From Candidatus Gottesmanbacteria bacterium GW2011_GWA2_43_14 (GTDB taxonomy: Bacteria > Patescibacteriota > Microgenomatia > 2-02-FULL-39-11), in assembly GCA_000999095.1 (NCBI GenBank), contig LCFP01000004.1, positions 80,930-144,929 of the forward strand: a stretch of DNA of 64,000 bases, in the 5' to 3' direction. Under the pieces are notes generated by a model, which saw only the letters and a list, made by a program, of their open reading frames with translations, did no database searches and was not told where the DNA came from. This document shows positions 19,346-29,596 of this stretch, in pieces (within the stretch, counting starts at the first letter, position 1; each line of letters begins with the position of its first letter). Both the position numbers and the translations under genes were made by a program.

Positions 19346-19753
19346 TTACTTTAATTTATCAGTCATTTCTTTGAATGGCTGGAAGTAATTCTTGAAATCT
19401 AAATATACCTCCGGTATTTTTTGAGTCTTACCGAATTGCTGAGCAGCTTTATATTCTTCCGCCACCCAGCCCGTTGAGAAATCAATTTTAAATAATTTAG
19501 AGTCGAAAACTATAAATAATTTTTCCTCATTCCAGAAAAAAGAGTACCAACCGTAATGCATTTCATTCTGAAATTCAGAAATTATGGGTTCAATTTTTTC
19601 TGTTTTATATTCCAGAAGAAAATTGTAATGGAATTTAGCCGTTGAAGACTCAGGTTCGTATTGAACTGTTACTTTTCGATGCTGAAATTTATTTAAGATG
19701 GTAGGGTTTTTTAATGAAGCTGAGTCTATTAAGGAGTAATATATTTTTTTCAT
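19346..19753 (-). CDS. hypothetical protein
   Basis: 135-aa ORF translationally coupled (4-bp overlap) to the upstream ORF. No recognisable motifs. Confidence 0.35.
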   Translation of the reverse strand: MKKIYYSLIDSASLKNPTILNKFQHRKVTVQYEPESSTAKFHYNFLLEYKTEKIEPIISEFQNEMHYGWYSFFWNEEKLFIVFDSKLFKIDFSTGWVAEEYKAAQQFGKTQKIPEVYLDFKNYFQPFKEMTDKLK

Positions 19754-20121
19754 TTTTCTTTACTAATCCACCATTGTTTAAATAAAGTGCATGAATCGTG
19801 CTGATTTAACTTTATAAGGAAAATTCCATCCAATTCCGCTTTTATACCGGAAGGGATCCGGGTGAATGAAGCCCGCCAATGAGCGGTATATTGTCGATTT
19901 TTTTCTGAAATGATTTCAAAATTAAAGGAAATATTCTTTTGAGAATCGGGAACATCAAGCCACAGTTTAATGAGATTAGTTTTATTGGTAATGGGTTTTT
20001 CGAATGGTGTTTCATAATATTTGAATTTTTCCGCAAACAGAGAAGTAATGACTTCTGGCTTTTTATCAATCCAAGCCTGCCCCATTTTATTTATCCATTC
20101 CCAGCCAGCATCCTTTTTCAT
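19750..20121 (-). CDS. hypothetical protein, possibly NTF2-like/SnoaL-like fold
   Basis: 123-aa ORF with weak resemblance to NTF2-like small proteins. Confidence 0.35.
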   Translation of the reverse strand: MKKDAGWEWINKMGQAWIDKKPEVITSLFAEKFKYYETPFEKPITNKTNLIKLWLDVPDSQKNISFNFEIISEKNRQYTAHWRASFTRIPSGIKAELDGIFLIKLNQHDSCTLFKQWWISKEK

Positions 20122-20122
20122 T

Positions 20123-20986
20123 TTATAAAGAGAGTTTTAAAGCACAAATTATCATAACGGCAGCGGCTGTAAAACGAATGGCATAAACTTTAAATGTATG
20201 CTTTTCCAAAAGTTTGGGAGCAAAGTAAGACAGAAGAAAAGCCAAGACCATTGACAGTGGTAGTGCAGTAATGATGCTTGTTATGGTGACATTGTCCTGA
20301 TAAGCACGATTTTCCGTAAATATTCCTATAGCTAACATGATTGACATGGCAAAAACGGATATTATCTGCTTTAAATTCAGTTTACCAATATCTTTTTTAA
20401 AGAAGGGATAAGTTAAAAGCAGCATTATTTGTGAAAGCGCTGCCATCCATAGAGTAACTCCCCAATAGCCGTTTTTACCGATAGACCAGTTAATTGATAT
20501 GCCGTAGAAAGTGTAAGATAAAGTGCATAAAATCCCGACAAAAATAGGCCAGCGAAAAAAAGAGCGTATTGATAATTTTTCGTCCACACTCACAAATAAT
20601 CCGCCGATAAATATCAGTGCAATTAATAAATATTGATATAGCATAAGTATCTCCCCCAGAAAAATTGCGCTAAAAATTGCCACAAAAGCGGTTCTTAAAT
20701 TCATTAGAGGAATAAGAACAGAAATATCCAAGAGAGAAAGACTGAGTATATACAGGATTCCGAATACAGCATTAAAAATAGACACAAGAATTAGACTAGG
20801 CCAATGAGTAGGTAGGGTGGCACCGTTTAGAAAGGCAACGGGAATTGTGATTAGGAGCGAAAATAGCATCCAAAGGAAATTGAATAGCCAGACATTGGGA
20901 ATTGCATATTTATTGGTTAATTTTCCGATGATACTGACAAACCCGAAAGCAAAAGAAGCAATCCAAGCATAGACTGCAAATGTCAT
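20123..20986 (-). CDS. EamA/DMT-family transporter
   Basis: 287-aa protein with about 10 TM segments in two EamA-like repeats. Confidence 0.6.
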   Translation of the reverse strand: MTFAVYAWIASFAFGFVSIIGKLTNKYAIPNVWLFNFLWMLFSLLITIPVAFLNGATLPTHWPSLILVSIFNAVFGILYILSLSLLDISVLIPLMNLRTAFVAIFSAIFLGEILMLYQYLLIALIFIGGLFVSVDEKLSIRSFFRWPIFVGILCTLSYTFYGISINWSIGKNGYWGVTLWMAALSQIMLLLTYPFFKKDIGKLNLKQIISVFAMSIMLAIGIFTENRAYQDNVTITSIITALPLSMVLAFLLSYFAPKLLEKHTFKVYAIRFTAAAVMIICALKLSL

Positions 20987-21058
20987 GTTGACGAAATAAT
21001 AGCATAGGGATTGTTGTATTGCACAAAGCGGGAATTATGCGATAATTAATTTTGGAAA

Positions 21059-22108
21059 ATGTATATCCCGAAATTTACCATCACCAATAAAATTCTGAGG
21101 AACATCGGCTTGATCGAAGCCGGACGGGAAGTTATTCTCAATGCGCCTCTGGTGCCGGCCTATGAAAAGAAATTCCGGGAGGAGGCAATTGTCAGGACTG
21201 TCCATCACGGTACCCATATCGAAGGCAATGAACTGAATTTAACCGAAGCGGAAAGGGTTCTTAAAGGCCAGCCGGTGGTTGCCCGTGACCGGGATATCCA
21301 GGAAGTCATCAATTACCGCAATGTCTTGAACTATCTTGATTATGTAGGCCAGGGAGAGATATCAAAAGGCAGAATTACCGAAGAGGTGGTTAAAAAAATC
21401 CATACCCTGACGGTGGAAAAATTGATGCAGCCGGAAGCAGGGGGCAGTTTCCGCAAGACCCAGGTAGTCGTCAAAAATTCCAAAACCGGAGAAATTACCT
21501 TCCGTCCTCCACCGGCCATAGAAGTCCCTTACCAAATATCTGATTTTTTGGAATGGCTGAATAAAACCTCCAAGGATGATATGCATCCGGTCCTCAAAGC
21601 CGGCATAACACATTATGAACTGGTGCGGATCCATCCCTTTATCGACGGAAACGGCCGTATGGCCAGGGCTGCTGCTACTCTGGTTCTGTTTTTCGACGAT
21701 TATGACATCAGAAAATTTTTCTCATTGGAAGAATATTACGACCGGGATGCAGCTCATTATTATGATTCATTAAGAAGCGCAGCTCAGGGTGAATTGACCA
21801 CCTGGCTGGAATATTTTACCGAAGGCCTGGCCATTGAGCTTTCCCGCATCAAAGAAAAAGTGCAGAAATTATCGACTGATTTGCAGTTAAAGCAAAAATT
21901 GGGAGGCCAGCAGGTTTTTCTGACGGAAAGGCAAATCTCGATTATGGAATACATCCAAAGAGTGGGATTTCTCAATAACCAGGGATTTGAAGATCTTTTC
22001 CCTAAAATTTCCGAAGACACCATTTTACGGGACCTTAAGGATTTGATGGGGAAGGGGATTATCAAGAAAGAAGGCAAGACCAAAGCTTCAAGATACATGC
22101 TCCGGTAA
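21059..22108 (+). CDS. Fic/Doc-family protein (AMPylation-type) with a C-terminal winged HTH
   Basis: Canonical Fic motif HPFIDGNGRMARA. N-terminal inhibitory-helix-like element (HIEGN). The C-terminal 90 aa resemble a wHTH. Confidence 0.85.
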   Translation: MYIPKFTITNKILRNIGLIEAGREVILNAPLVPAYEKKFREEAIVRTVHHGTHIEGNELNLTEAERVLKGQPVVARDRDIQEVINYRNVLNYLDYVGQGEISKGRITEEVVKKIHTLTVEKLMQPEAGGSFRKTQVVVKNSKTGEITFRPPPAIEVPYQISDFLEWLNKTSKDDMHPVLKAGITHYELVRIHPFIDGNGRMARAAATLVLFFDDYDIRKFFSLEEYYDRDAAHYYDSLRSAAQGELTTWLEYFTEGLAIELSRIKEKVQKLSTDLQLKQKLGGQQVFLTERQISIMEYIQRVGFLNNQGFEDLFPKISEDTILRDLKDLMGKGIIKKEGKTKASRYMLR

Positions 22109-22113
22109 TCACT

Positions 22114-23874
22114 ATGACTTTTAAAAGACTGGCAGAATATTTTCATAAACTGGAAAATACCACACTCCGCAACCAAATGACGGAGATTCTGGCGGAATTG
22201 TTTAAAGAAGCTCCTCAAAATGAGATCGGCAAGATTGTTTACCTTTTACAGGGCCGTGTGGCACCTCTATATGAAGCAGTCGAATTCGGACTGGCTGATA
22301 AGATGATTATCCGGGCGATTGCAGACGGGTTAAAAGTCGACAGTCAAAAAGTGACGCGGGTTTTTAAAGAGAGCGGTGATTTGGGTAAAACAGCCGAAAA
22401 ACTCAAAGCAAATGTTAAAACAAAACACAATTTAAACGTATTACAAGTTTTCGGGACTTTGCATAAAACAGCCTTGGCCGGTGGGGAAGGGTCGCAGGAT
22501 GTAAAGATCAAATTATTAGGAAGCCTGATCAGGGATCTTGATTCTTTGTCAGTCAGATATTTGGTACGGATTCCGGTAGCCAAACTGAGGCTGGGTTTTT
22601 CCGATATGACAATTCTGGATGCTCTGTCATGGATGAAGGCAGGTTCGAAAAAATTAAGGCCGCAATTTGAAAAAGCATATAATGTCCGCCCTGATTTGGG
22701 ATTAATTGCCGAGACCGTCAAGAGACACAAAGAAAATAATTTCAATATCGAGCCCCGTGTAGGTATACCGATTCTCATGGCCAGGGCGGAGAGAATGGGC
22801 AGCGGAGAGGAAATTATAGACAAAATAGGCCGCTGTGCCGTCGAACCGAAATACGACGGTTTTCGTTTGCAAGGGCATAAAATGGGAAACAAAGTGGAGC
22901 TTTTTTCCAGAAATTTGGAAAATGTTACCCATATGTATCCTGATATCGTCCAGGGTATAAAAAAACAGGTTAAAACCAAAGAAGCGATTATTGAAGGAGA
23001 AGCTGTTGCTTATAATCCGCAAACAGGCGAGTATTTGCCTTTCCAGGAGACGGTGCAGCGGAAAAGAAAATATAATATTGAAGCCAAAGCCAAGGAAATT
23101 CCTCTGAAGCTGTTTGCTTTTGAACTTCTGTACCAGACGGGTAAAAATTTAATCATGTCTGAGTATGTTGAACGCCGTAAACAACTGGAAAAAATAGTTG
23201 CCCGGGGTGAGGTGATTTTGATTGCCCAGGAAGAAGTGATTGATACCCCTAAAAGACTGGAAGCAATCTTTCTTGATACAGTCAGCCGGGGACTTGAAGG
23301 CGTCATGGCCAAAAAATTGGACGGCATTTACCGTGCCGGTTCCAGGGATTTCAACTGGATTAAATACAAAAGAAGCTATGCGGGAAAATTGGATGATACG
23401 GTGGATGCTGTTGTTATGGGTTATGATTTCGGCCAGGGAAAACGGACGGCTTTCGGTATCGGTGATTTTCTGATCGGAGTCTTCGACGAAAAACTGGAGA
23501 AGTATGTTTCCATTGCCAAAATCGGAACGGGCCTGACCGATGAGGAATGGAAAGAGATAAAAATCAGGAGCGAAAAGCTGAAGGCCCCGGAAAAACCCAA
23601 AAATTATGAAGTCGACAAAATCATGGGTTGTGATGTCTGGATAACCCCTAAAATAGTCGTCGAAATCCGGGCGGATGAGATAACCCGTTCTCCCGTGCAT
23701 ACTGCAGGCAGAATCATGGGGCCTACTAAAACCGGATCTGCGATTGAAGTCAAAGAAGCAGGGCTGGCTTTACGTTTTCCGCGCCTTGAAAGGTTCCGCG
23801 ATGACAAAAACCCAACCGATGCCACCACACTCGGGGAACTTAAAAAAATGTTGCATCGGCAAATGAAAAAGTAA
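22114..23874 (+). CDS. ATP-dependent DNA ligase (archaeal/eukaryotic Lig1-type: DBD + adenylation + OB)
   Basis: Adenylation motif I KxDG (EPKYDGFR), motifs III-V (FAFELLY, EGVMAKK, WIKYK), and an N-terminal DNA-binding domain. Confidence 0.85.
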   Translation: MTFKRLAEYFHKLENTTLRNQMTEILAELFKEAPQNEIGKIVYLLQGRVAPLYEAVEFGLADKMIIRAIADGLKVDSQKVTRVFKESGDLGKTAEKLKANVKTKHNLNVLQVFGTLHKTALAGGEGSQDVKIKLLGSLIRDLDSLSVRYLVRIPVAKLRLGFSDMTILDALSWMKAGSKKLRPQFEKAYNVRPDLGLIAETVKRHKENNFNIEPRVGIPILMARAERMGSGEEIIDKIGRCAVEPKYDGFRLQGHKMGNKVELFSRNLENVTHMYPDIVQGIKKQVKTKEAIIEGEAVAYNPQTGEYLPFQETVQRKRKYNIEAKAKEIPLKLFAFELLYQTGKNLIMSEYVERRKQLEKIVARGEVILIAQEEVIDTPKRLEAIFLDTVSRGLEGVMAKKLDGIYRAGSRDFNWIKYKRSYAGKLDDTVDAVVMGYDFGQGKRTAFGIGDFLIGVFDEKLEKYVSIAKIGTGLTDEEWKEIKIRSEKLKAPEKPKNYEVDKIMGCDVWITPKIVVEIRADEITRSPVHTAGRIMGPTKTGSAIEVKEAGLALRFPRLERFRDDKNPTDATTLGELKKMLHRQMKK

Positions 23875-23891
23875 TAAAGTAATCTTAAAGC

Positions 23892-24596
23892 ATGAAAGCG
23901 ACTGTCATCGTTCCTGCATACAACGAAGAAAAATATATCGGGAAGACGTTGGGATCCATAAAATCCCTGGAAAAAGATAATATTGAAATAGAAATAATAG
24001 TTGTTGATGCTTCTTCAACTGACAAAACTGTAGAAATTGCCAAATCATACGGGGCAAAAGTCGTCCCTGAACCGCACAAAGGCATAGGATTCGCCCGCCA
24101 GCAGGGATTGCTGCATGCCAAAGGAGAAGTAGTAGCTTATACCGATGCCGATACGGTAGTCCCGAGAAACTGGTTAAAGAGACATATAAAAGTATTGGAA
24201 CAGCCGGGAGTTGTTTTTACTTATGGAACCTTCCGGGTGACAGACGGCAAATTTCCTTATTTTCACTATATAAATTACATTCAGCCGAGAATCTTGTGGA
24301 TGATGCATTATCTTTTCGGCAAAGAAATCGCCGCCGGCCAAAATTTGGCTTTCTGGAAAGATAAAGCTTTGGCAATCGGGGGTTTCGACGATAAATTGAA
24401 GGTAATGGAGGATATTGATCTGGCAGTACGTATGAAAAAAACAGGCAAAACAGTCTTTATTCCTGATTTAATTGTCCTGTCATCGGGCAGACGGTCTTTG
24501 GAAGGCTGGGCTTTTTTTTCCAGAATGATCGGAACTTTAGTGAGATATTTCTTTTTCGGGGTAAAAAAACTGCAGGTTTTTCCGGATTTCAGGTAG
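23892..24596 (+). CDS. glycosyltransferase family 2
   Basis: GT-A fold: VPAYNEE, DASSTD and DAD (DxD) motifs. Confidence 0.75.
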   Translation: MKATVIVPAYNEEKYIGKTLGSIKSLEKDNIEIEIIVVDASSTDKTVEIAKSYGAKVVPEPHKGIGFARQQGLLHAKGEVVAYTDADTVVPRNWLKRHIKVLEQPGVVFTYGTFRVTDGKFPYFHYINYIQPRILWMMHYLFGKEIAAGQNLAFWKDKALAIGGFDDKLKVMEDIDLAVRMKKTGKTVFIPDLIVLSSGRRSLEGWAFFSRMIGTLVRYFFFGVKKLQVFPDFR

Positions 24597-25320
24597 CTGT
24601 GACTGAAACTGGTTTGTCGAACTGATGGCATTTTAGGGTTTTGAAATAGCGAGAAATGTACTGCACCAGATAAAGGTGAACGCCCCGAACGGGATTTTCC
24701 CTCATCCTTCTGGTAGAGCTTGAAACTGCCAGTTCCGGGAGAAAGAGCACTTTTCCCGTTTTTGCCAGATGATAAGACAAATCAAGGTCTTCCAGAACTT
24801 CCGTCTCATCGCCGCACACCCTGGTTTTTTCCCAGGCTGATTTTTTTATCACCATATTGGGACCAAGAAAGCAATCCTGGCCTACATAAGTTTTGAATAA
24901 TATTTTTTCGGCCGTCAGCGAATATATTTTCCCGAAAAAACTCAGAATTCCTCCTGATTTAAAGATAGGGCCGCTGAAGCCGACAGCATCCGGATGGTTT
25001 TTGAATGCCAGATCTATTTTTTCCAGCCAGTCGTCCGGAACTAAAGTATCCGCATCTGTCCTGGCCAGGATGTCCGCTTTGGCTTCCCGGAAGCCTCTCT
25101 CGCGGGCGGCGATAAGACCCTGTTTTTTTTCTTTGACAACCCTGGCTCCGTATTTTTTCGCAATTTGGGCGGTATCATCAGTTGAATTATTGTCGACGAC
25201 AATCACTTCATAGTCACGGAAAGTCTGTTTATTGACTGCTTCCAAACAGGCTGGTAAGAATCCGGCTTCATTAAAAGCAGGTATTACGACCGAAATCCGG
25301 GGATGTTTATGCTGGTTCAT
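24589..25320 (-). CDS. glycosyltransferase family 2
   Basis: VIPAFNE, DNNSTD and TDADT motifs. Confidence 0.75.
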   Translation of the reverse strand: MNQHKHPRISVVIPAFNEAGFLPACLEAVNKQTFRDYEVIVVDNNSTDDTAQIAKKYGARVVKEKKQGLIAARERGFREAKADILARTDADTLVPDDWLEKIDLAFKNHPDAVGFSGPIFKSGGILSFFGKIYSLTAEKILFKTYVGQDCFLGPNMVIKKSAWEKTRVCGDETEVLEDLDLSYHLAKTGKVLFLPELAVSSSTRRMRENPVRGVHLYLVQYISRYFKTLKCHQFDKPVSVTAT

Positions 25321-25333
25321 AAATCAAAAAAGT

Positions 25334-26062
25334 TTATCTGACGGGTTTGGCTTTAATAATTGCCTTCCCGAGAATTTTGGCAGTCAGGTAATTCAGCCAA
25401 TAATTATAGAGAAGCTGGACAAAAAAATAGCGGGAAATGCCGATTTTCAATCTCCGGCTGTGTGTTTGGGGAACAGGTTTGGTTATGTAGTGAATTTTAC
25501 CAGCCTGTTTCAACCTCATTAAAAAGTCAATTTCATCGCCGCCGAAATCAAGCTTGGTATTATAACCGTTAACTTTTAAAAATGCGGATTTTCTGAATGC
25601 CAGGTTAAGCGCAGGGGCATAAACAACTTTTCCGGTAAAAATATAGATTGCTTCAAATAAACTGTAAAATATCCACCAGACGGGTTTCCACCACCAGGGA
25701 CAATTATAAAAATAGATTTTGCCGCTCATGGCTGAGGCGTCTTTGTTTTTATCGAATACCTGAAGGACTGTTTCCAGGTAATTTTCCGGGTAAAAGGTAT
25801 CGGCATCTGCTCCGGCTATGATGTCTCCTTCGGCCAGCCTGGTCCCTTTATCCCTGGATAGGCAGACATTGGCTCCGTCAAAAACAAAGACTTTATCGGT
25901 ATACTTTTTGGCTATTGCCACCGTTTTATCTTTCGAACCGCCATCAGCAATAATGATCTCAAAATCCTTAAAAGTCTGTTTTTTCAGGCTGTCCAAAGCG
26001 ATTTTCAGATATTTTTCTTCCTGGAGGGTGGGGATGACAACCGACAGTCTAGGTTTTTTCAT
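25334..26062 (-). CDS. glycosyltransferase family 2
   Basis: VIPTLQEE, DGGSKD and ADADT motifs. Confidence 0.75.
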   Translation of the reverse strand: MKKPRLSVVIPTLQEEKYLKIALDSLKKQTFKDFEIIIADGGSKDKTVAIAKKYTDKVFVFDGANVCLSRDKGTRLAEGDIIAGADADTFYPENYLETVLQVFDKNKDASAMSGKIYFYNCPWWWKPVWWIFYSLFEAIYIFTGKVVYAPALNLAFRKSAFLKVNGYNTKLDFGGDEIDFLMRLKQAGKIHYITKPVPQTHSRRLKIGISRYFFVQLLYNYWLNYLTAKILGKAIIKAKPVR

Positions 26063-26148
26063 AGTGAAATTAGCTGTTATCTTATCATGAATTTATTCCG
26101 GCAGACAATTCGCTCATCAAAATAATCTGTGATATCATTTTCCGCAGG

Positions 26149-27396
26149 ATGAAAAAGGTATTGCTCATGCCAGCGGGAATTGGTATAGCCCACGTTGGGC
26201 GACTGATCATGATCGCCAAGGAACTGCAGAAGTTGCAAGTTGAGGTAATTTTCGGAGCGGGAGCTGAAGCTTGCAAAATCCTTAAAGGTGAAAATTTACC
26301 GTATCGGATTATTAAGGAATTTCCGCGGAATGTTTACGAAGAAAAAATTAAAAAAAATAACTTTTTCATTTATAACCGTACAAACTTCACCGACTTTGTT
26401 AAAAGCGAACAGGCTTTGTATAAAAAGGTCAAGCCCGATTTGATTGTTTTTGATACTCGAATTACTGCCAAAGTTTCGGCAACTATAGCCGGAATTCCTC
26501 TAATATCCGTAAATAATGCAGACGCCACCAGTTACTATGATTACCAGAAATGCAGGTTTCCCCTGAATACAACTATCGGCAGATATTTACCGGGTAAGGT
26601 TGTGAGGCTGCTGGAACGGGAATACGGCCAGAAATTCCTGTTAAAAGCCGCCGAAAGGGCGATCCCGGCCATGCTGATTGCGGCCATGGTGAATATCTTT
26701 CCTGCTTTTATCAAATTAAGGTACAAACCATCCAGAGATCCTTTTCAATTTTTCCAGGGTGATATTACTTTGTTGGCTGATATTCCTGAGTTCAGGCCGG
26801 TAAAAAATCTGCCGGAAAATATAAAAATGGTCGGCCCGATATTTTGGGACGGAGTGAATAAACTGCCTGTCTGGAGTAAAGAAATAGAAGAGAGAAACAA
26901 TATTATATATGTGACAGCTTCCGGAACCGGGGACAAACAAATATTTTTGCAGATGCTGGATTTTTTGAAAGAAACTGATTATACGGTTATTGCCACAACA
27001 GGCAATACTTTAAGTCCAAAAGAGGTGACGGTAAGCTACCCTTCCTTATACCTGACTGATTATCTGCCCGGTTCGTACATAATGCCCAGAGCCCAAGCAG
27101 TTATCTTCCCCGGCGGCAACGCTTCCTGCTATCAGGCTTTAAGTTACGGTGTGCCTCAAATTGCCACACCGTTCCATATTGATCAGGAAGATAATGCCAA
27201 TCAGCTGGAACGGTTAGGTACAGGAGTAATTCAAAATCATTTTAAAAATTTTGACCGGAAGCACTTTCTGGAAACTGTAGATAAGGTTATAAGCAACAAA
27301 TCCTATAGGACAAAAGCAGGGGAGTTAAAAAAGATTATCGCCAATTACAACGGTAAAAAAACAGCCGCCCGGCTTATCGCGGATTTTATGAGCTGA
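26149..27396 (+). CDS. glycosyltransferase, GT1/GT28-like (MGT/UDP-glycosyltransferase family)
   Basis: GT-B architecture. The C-terminal nucleotide-sugar-binding region (FPGGNASCYQALSYGVPQIATPFHIDQEDNA) resembles the UDPGT/MurG signature. Confidence 0.6.
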   Translation: MKKVLLMPAGIGIAHVGRLIMIAKELQKLQVEVIFGAGAEACKILKGENLPYRIIKEFPRNVYEEKIKKNNFFIYNRTNFTDFVKSEQALYKKVKPDLIVFDTRITAKVSATIAGIPLISVNNADATSYYDYQKCRFPLNTTIGRYLPGKVVRLLEREYGQKFLLKAAERAIPAMLIAAMVNIFPAFIKLRYKPSRDPFQFFQGDITLLADIPEFRPVKNLPENIKMVGPIFWDGVNKLPVWSKEIEERNNIIYVTASGTGDKQIFLQMLDFLKETDYTVIATTGNTLSPKEVTVSYPSLYLTDYLPGSYIMPRAQAVIFPGGNASCYQALSYGVPQIATPFHIDQEDNANQLERLGTGVIQNHFKNFDRKHFLETVDKVISNKSYRTKAGELKKIIANYNGKKTAARLIADFMS

Positions 27397-27399
27397 ATA

Positions 27400-28236
27400 A
27401 TGATAGTTCCTTATTTTTCCGTCATCATTCCGGCTTTGAATGAAGAGAAATACCTGCCGACAATTCTTAAGAGTCTGACAATGCAGACGTTTAAGGATTT
27501 TGAAGTGATTGTGGTTGACGGAAACTCAAGGGATAAAACAGTGGATGTTTTTAATAAATTCCGTCCCAAACTGCCCTATTCTAAAATTTTGGTCACGAAA
27601 AGAGCTAATGTCGGTTTCCAGAGAAATTCGGGCGGAAAGGAAGCTGGCGGAAAGTATTTTATTTTTTTGGATGCGGACGTAGATATAAGTTCTACCTTTC
27701 TTGAAGAAATTCATCTTGCATCCATAAAAAAAGGCTTTAAATTGGCTACAACCTGGATAATGCCGGACAGCCGGGACCCGATTGACCAAACGATGATACT
27801 GCTCGGTAATTTAGGCCAGGAATTGTCCAAGCTGTTCAATAAGCCTTTTTCCGGGGGTTACAATACCATTGTCAAAAAGGAGGCATTTCAAAAATTGAAG
27901 GGTTTCCGGGAGGATATGAAAATAAATGAAGATCAGGATTTTGCCATCAGAGCTTTTAAAAAAAATATTGAAACGGTAATTTTGCAGGAACCGAAAGTCA
28001 CTTATTCCTTAAGAAGATTCAGATCCGAAGGTACATTACAAGTATTGCGCAAGTATGCCCAATCAAATCTGCATTTCTATTTAAAAGGTCCGATTACCCA
28101 TGAATTGTTTGAGTACAGAATGGGCGGACACGTCCATAAAAGAAGGAGAAAACAGCTTAATTTAACTAAAATAGACACCTATATCAAAGCCATGGAAAAG
28201 CTGGAAGATAAGATTGTCGCCCTTCTGTCCGAATGA
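27400..28236 (+). CDS. glycosyltransferase family 2
   Basis: IIPALNEE, DGNSRD and DADVD motifs. Confidence 0.75.
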   Translation: MIVPYFSVIIPALNEEKYLPTILKSLTMQTFKDFEVIVVDGNSRDKTVDVFNKFRPKLPYSKILVTKRANVGFQRNSGGKEAGGKYFIFLDADVDISSTFLEEIHLASIKKGFKLATTWIMPDSRDPIDQTMILLGNLGQELSKLFNKPFSGGYNTIVKKEAFQKLKGFREDMKINEDQDFAIRAFKKNIETVILQEPKVTYSLRRFRSEGTLQVLRKYAQSNLHFYLKGPITHELFEYRMGGHVHKRRRKQLNLTKIDTYIKAMEKLEDKIVALLSE

Positions 28237-28262
28237 GGTTATAATATTGAGATAAATTACTG

Positions 28263-29588
28263 ATGAAAATAATCACTGATTTACAAATCCATTCCAAATA
28301 TGCCAGAGCTGTCTCTCCTGAGATGGTCGTGCCTAAAATCTGGGAATGGGCGAAAAGAAAGGGGATAGGCCTTATTGCCACCGGTGATTGGACACATCCC
28401 TTATGGATGAGAGAGATAAAAAAAGACCTTGAAGAAACAGGCACCGGTCTTTTGAAACTTAAAAACCAGGATAGTGGCCCTTTATTTCTGCTGGAAACCG
28501 AAGTCTCCTGCATTTATTCGCAAGGCGGCAGGTTAAGGCGCGTTCATACCATGATTTGGGCGCCGTCGCTTGATTCAGCAGAAAAAATCAATAAAAAATT
28601 AATGTCCCTGGGAGCAAATCTCATGTCTGACGGCCGGCCTATCATGGGATTGACCAGTATTCAAATAGCAGAGGTGGTTTTGTCAATTGACCCCAAAGCA
28701 CTGATTGTACCGGCCCATATCTGGACACCCTGGTTTTCCCTTTACGGCTCGGAATCCGGGTTCGATTCGATTGCTGAGTGTTTCGGTGAATATGCCAAGT
28801 ATATATATGCCATTGAAACAGGTTTATCCAGTAATCCCGAAATGAACTGGAGAGTCAAAGATCTGGATACGCGCTCCATAGTATCATTCTCCGATGCCCA
28901 CTCGGGTCCCAAATTAGGCCGTGAGGCCACAGTATTTGAACTGGAAAACCTAAGTTTTGAGGCTATCCGTCAGGCTCTCATATTACCCAATAAAACCAAA
29001 AACCGAGTTGCTTATACAATGGAATTTTATCCTGAGGAAGGAAAATACCATTACACCGGACACCGTAATTGTCAAATAAAACAAACTCCGGAGGAAACCC
29101 GTGCAAAAGGGACTCTTTGTCCTGTCTGCGGCAAGAAGTTAACCGGTGGAGTCTTGTACCGTGTCGACCAGCTGGCAGGCAGAAGTGAAGCTGATCTGGG
29201 AATGGAAAAAACAACTATGGAGGGTATCCTGACGACTATGTACCGTTCAAAAATGATTTCAGACAGGCCGCCTTACCTGATGATGGTGCCTTTGGCTGAA
29301 ATCATATCAGAAGTCAACGGAGGCAGCCCGACGACCAAAGGCGTATTAAATGAATATTTCAAACTGGTGGAGCATTTCGGATCGGAATTTAAAGTCTTAA
29401 CCGAAGTAGAAGCAGAAAACCTGTCCAAAATTTCCGGTGAGAAACTAGCTCAGGCAATTGACAAGGTAAGAAAGGGAGATATCTTTGTCGATCCGGGATA
29501 TGACGGTGTTTTCGGAAAAGTTAAAATTTGGGCTGACGAGAAAAAAGATACAGAAAGCGTCAATAAAAAACAAATGAGCCTCTTTTAA
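28263..29588 (+). CDS. PHP-domain nuclease, endonuclease Q (EndoQ, COG1379)-like
   Basis: N-terminal PHP motif (DLQIHSKYARAVSP...GLIATGDWTHP) and a mid-protein Cys zinc finger (CPVCGKK). The architecture matches archaeal/Bacillus EndoQ. Confidence 0.5.
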   Translation: MKIITDLQIHSKYARAVSPEMVVPKIWEWAKRKGIGLIATGDWTHPLWMREIKKDLEETGTGLLKLKNQDSGPLFLLETEVSCIYSQGGRLRRVHTMIWAPSLDSAEKINKKLMSLGANLMSDGRPIMGLTSIQIAEVVLSIDPKALIVPAHIWTPWFSLYGSESGFDSIAECFGEYAKYIYAIETGLSSNPEMNWRVKDLDTRSIVSFSDAHSGPKLGREATVFELENLSFEAIRQALILPNKTKNRVAYTMEFYPEEGKYHYTGHRNCQIKQTPEETRAKGTLCPVCGKKLTGGVLYRVDQLAGRSEADLGMEKTTMEGILTTMYRSKMISDRPPYLMMVPLAEIISEVNGGSPTTKGVLNEYFKLVEHFGSEFKVLTEVEAENLSKISGEKLAQAIDKVRKGDIFVDPGYDGVFGKVKIWADEKKDTESVNKKQMSLF

Positions 29589-29596
29589 AACATCCG

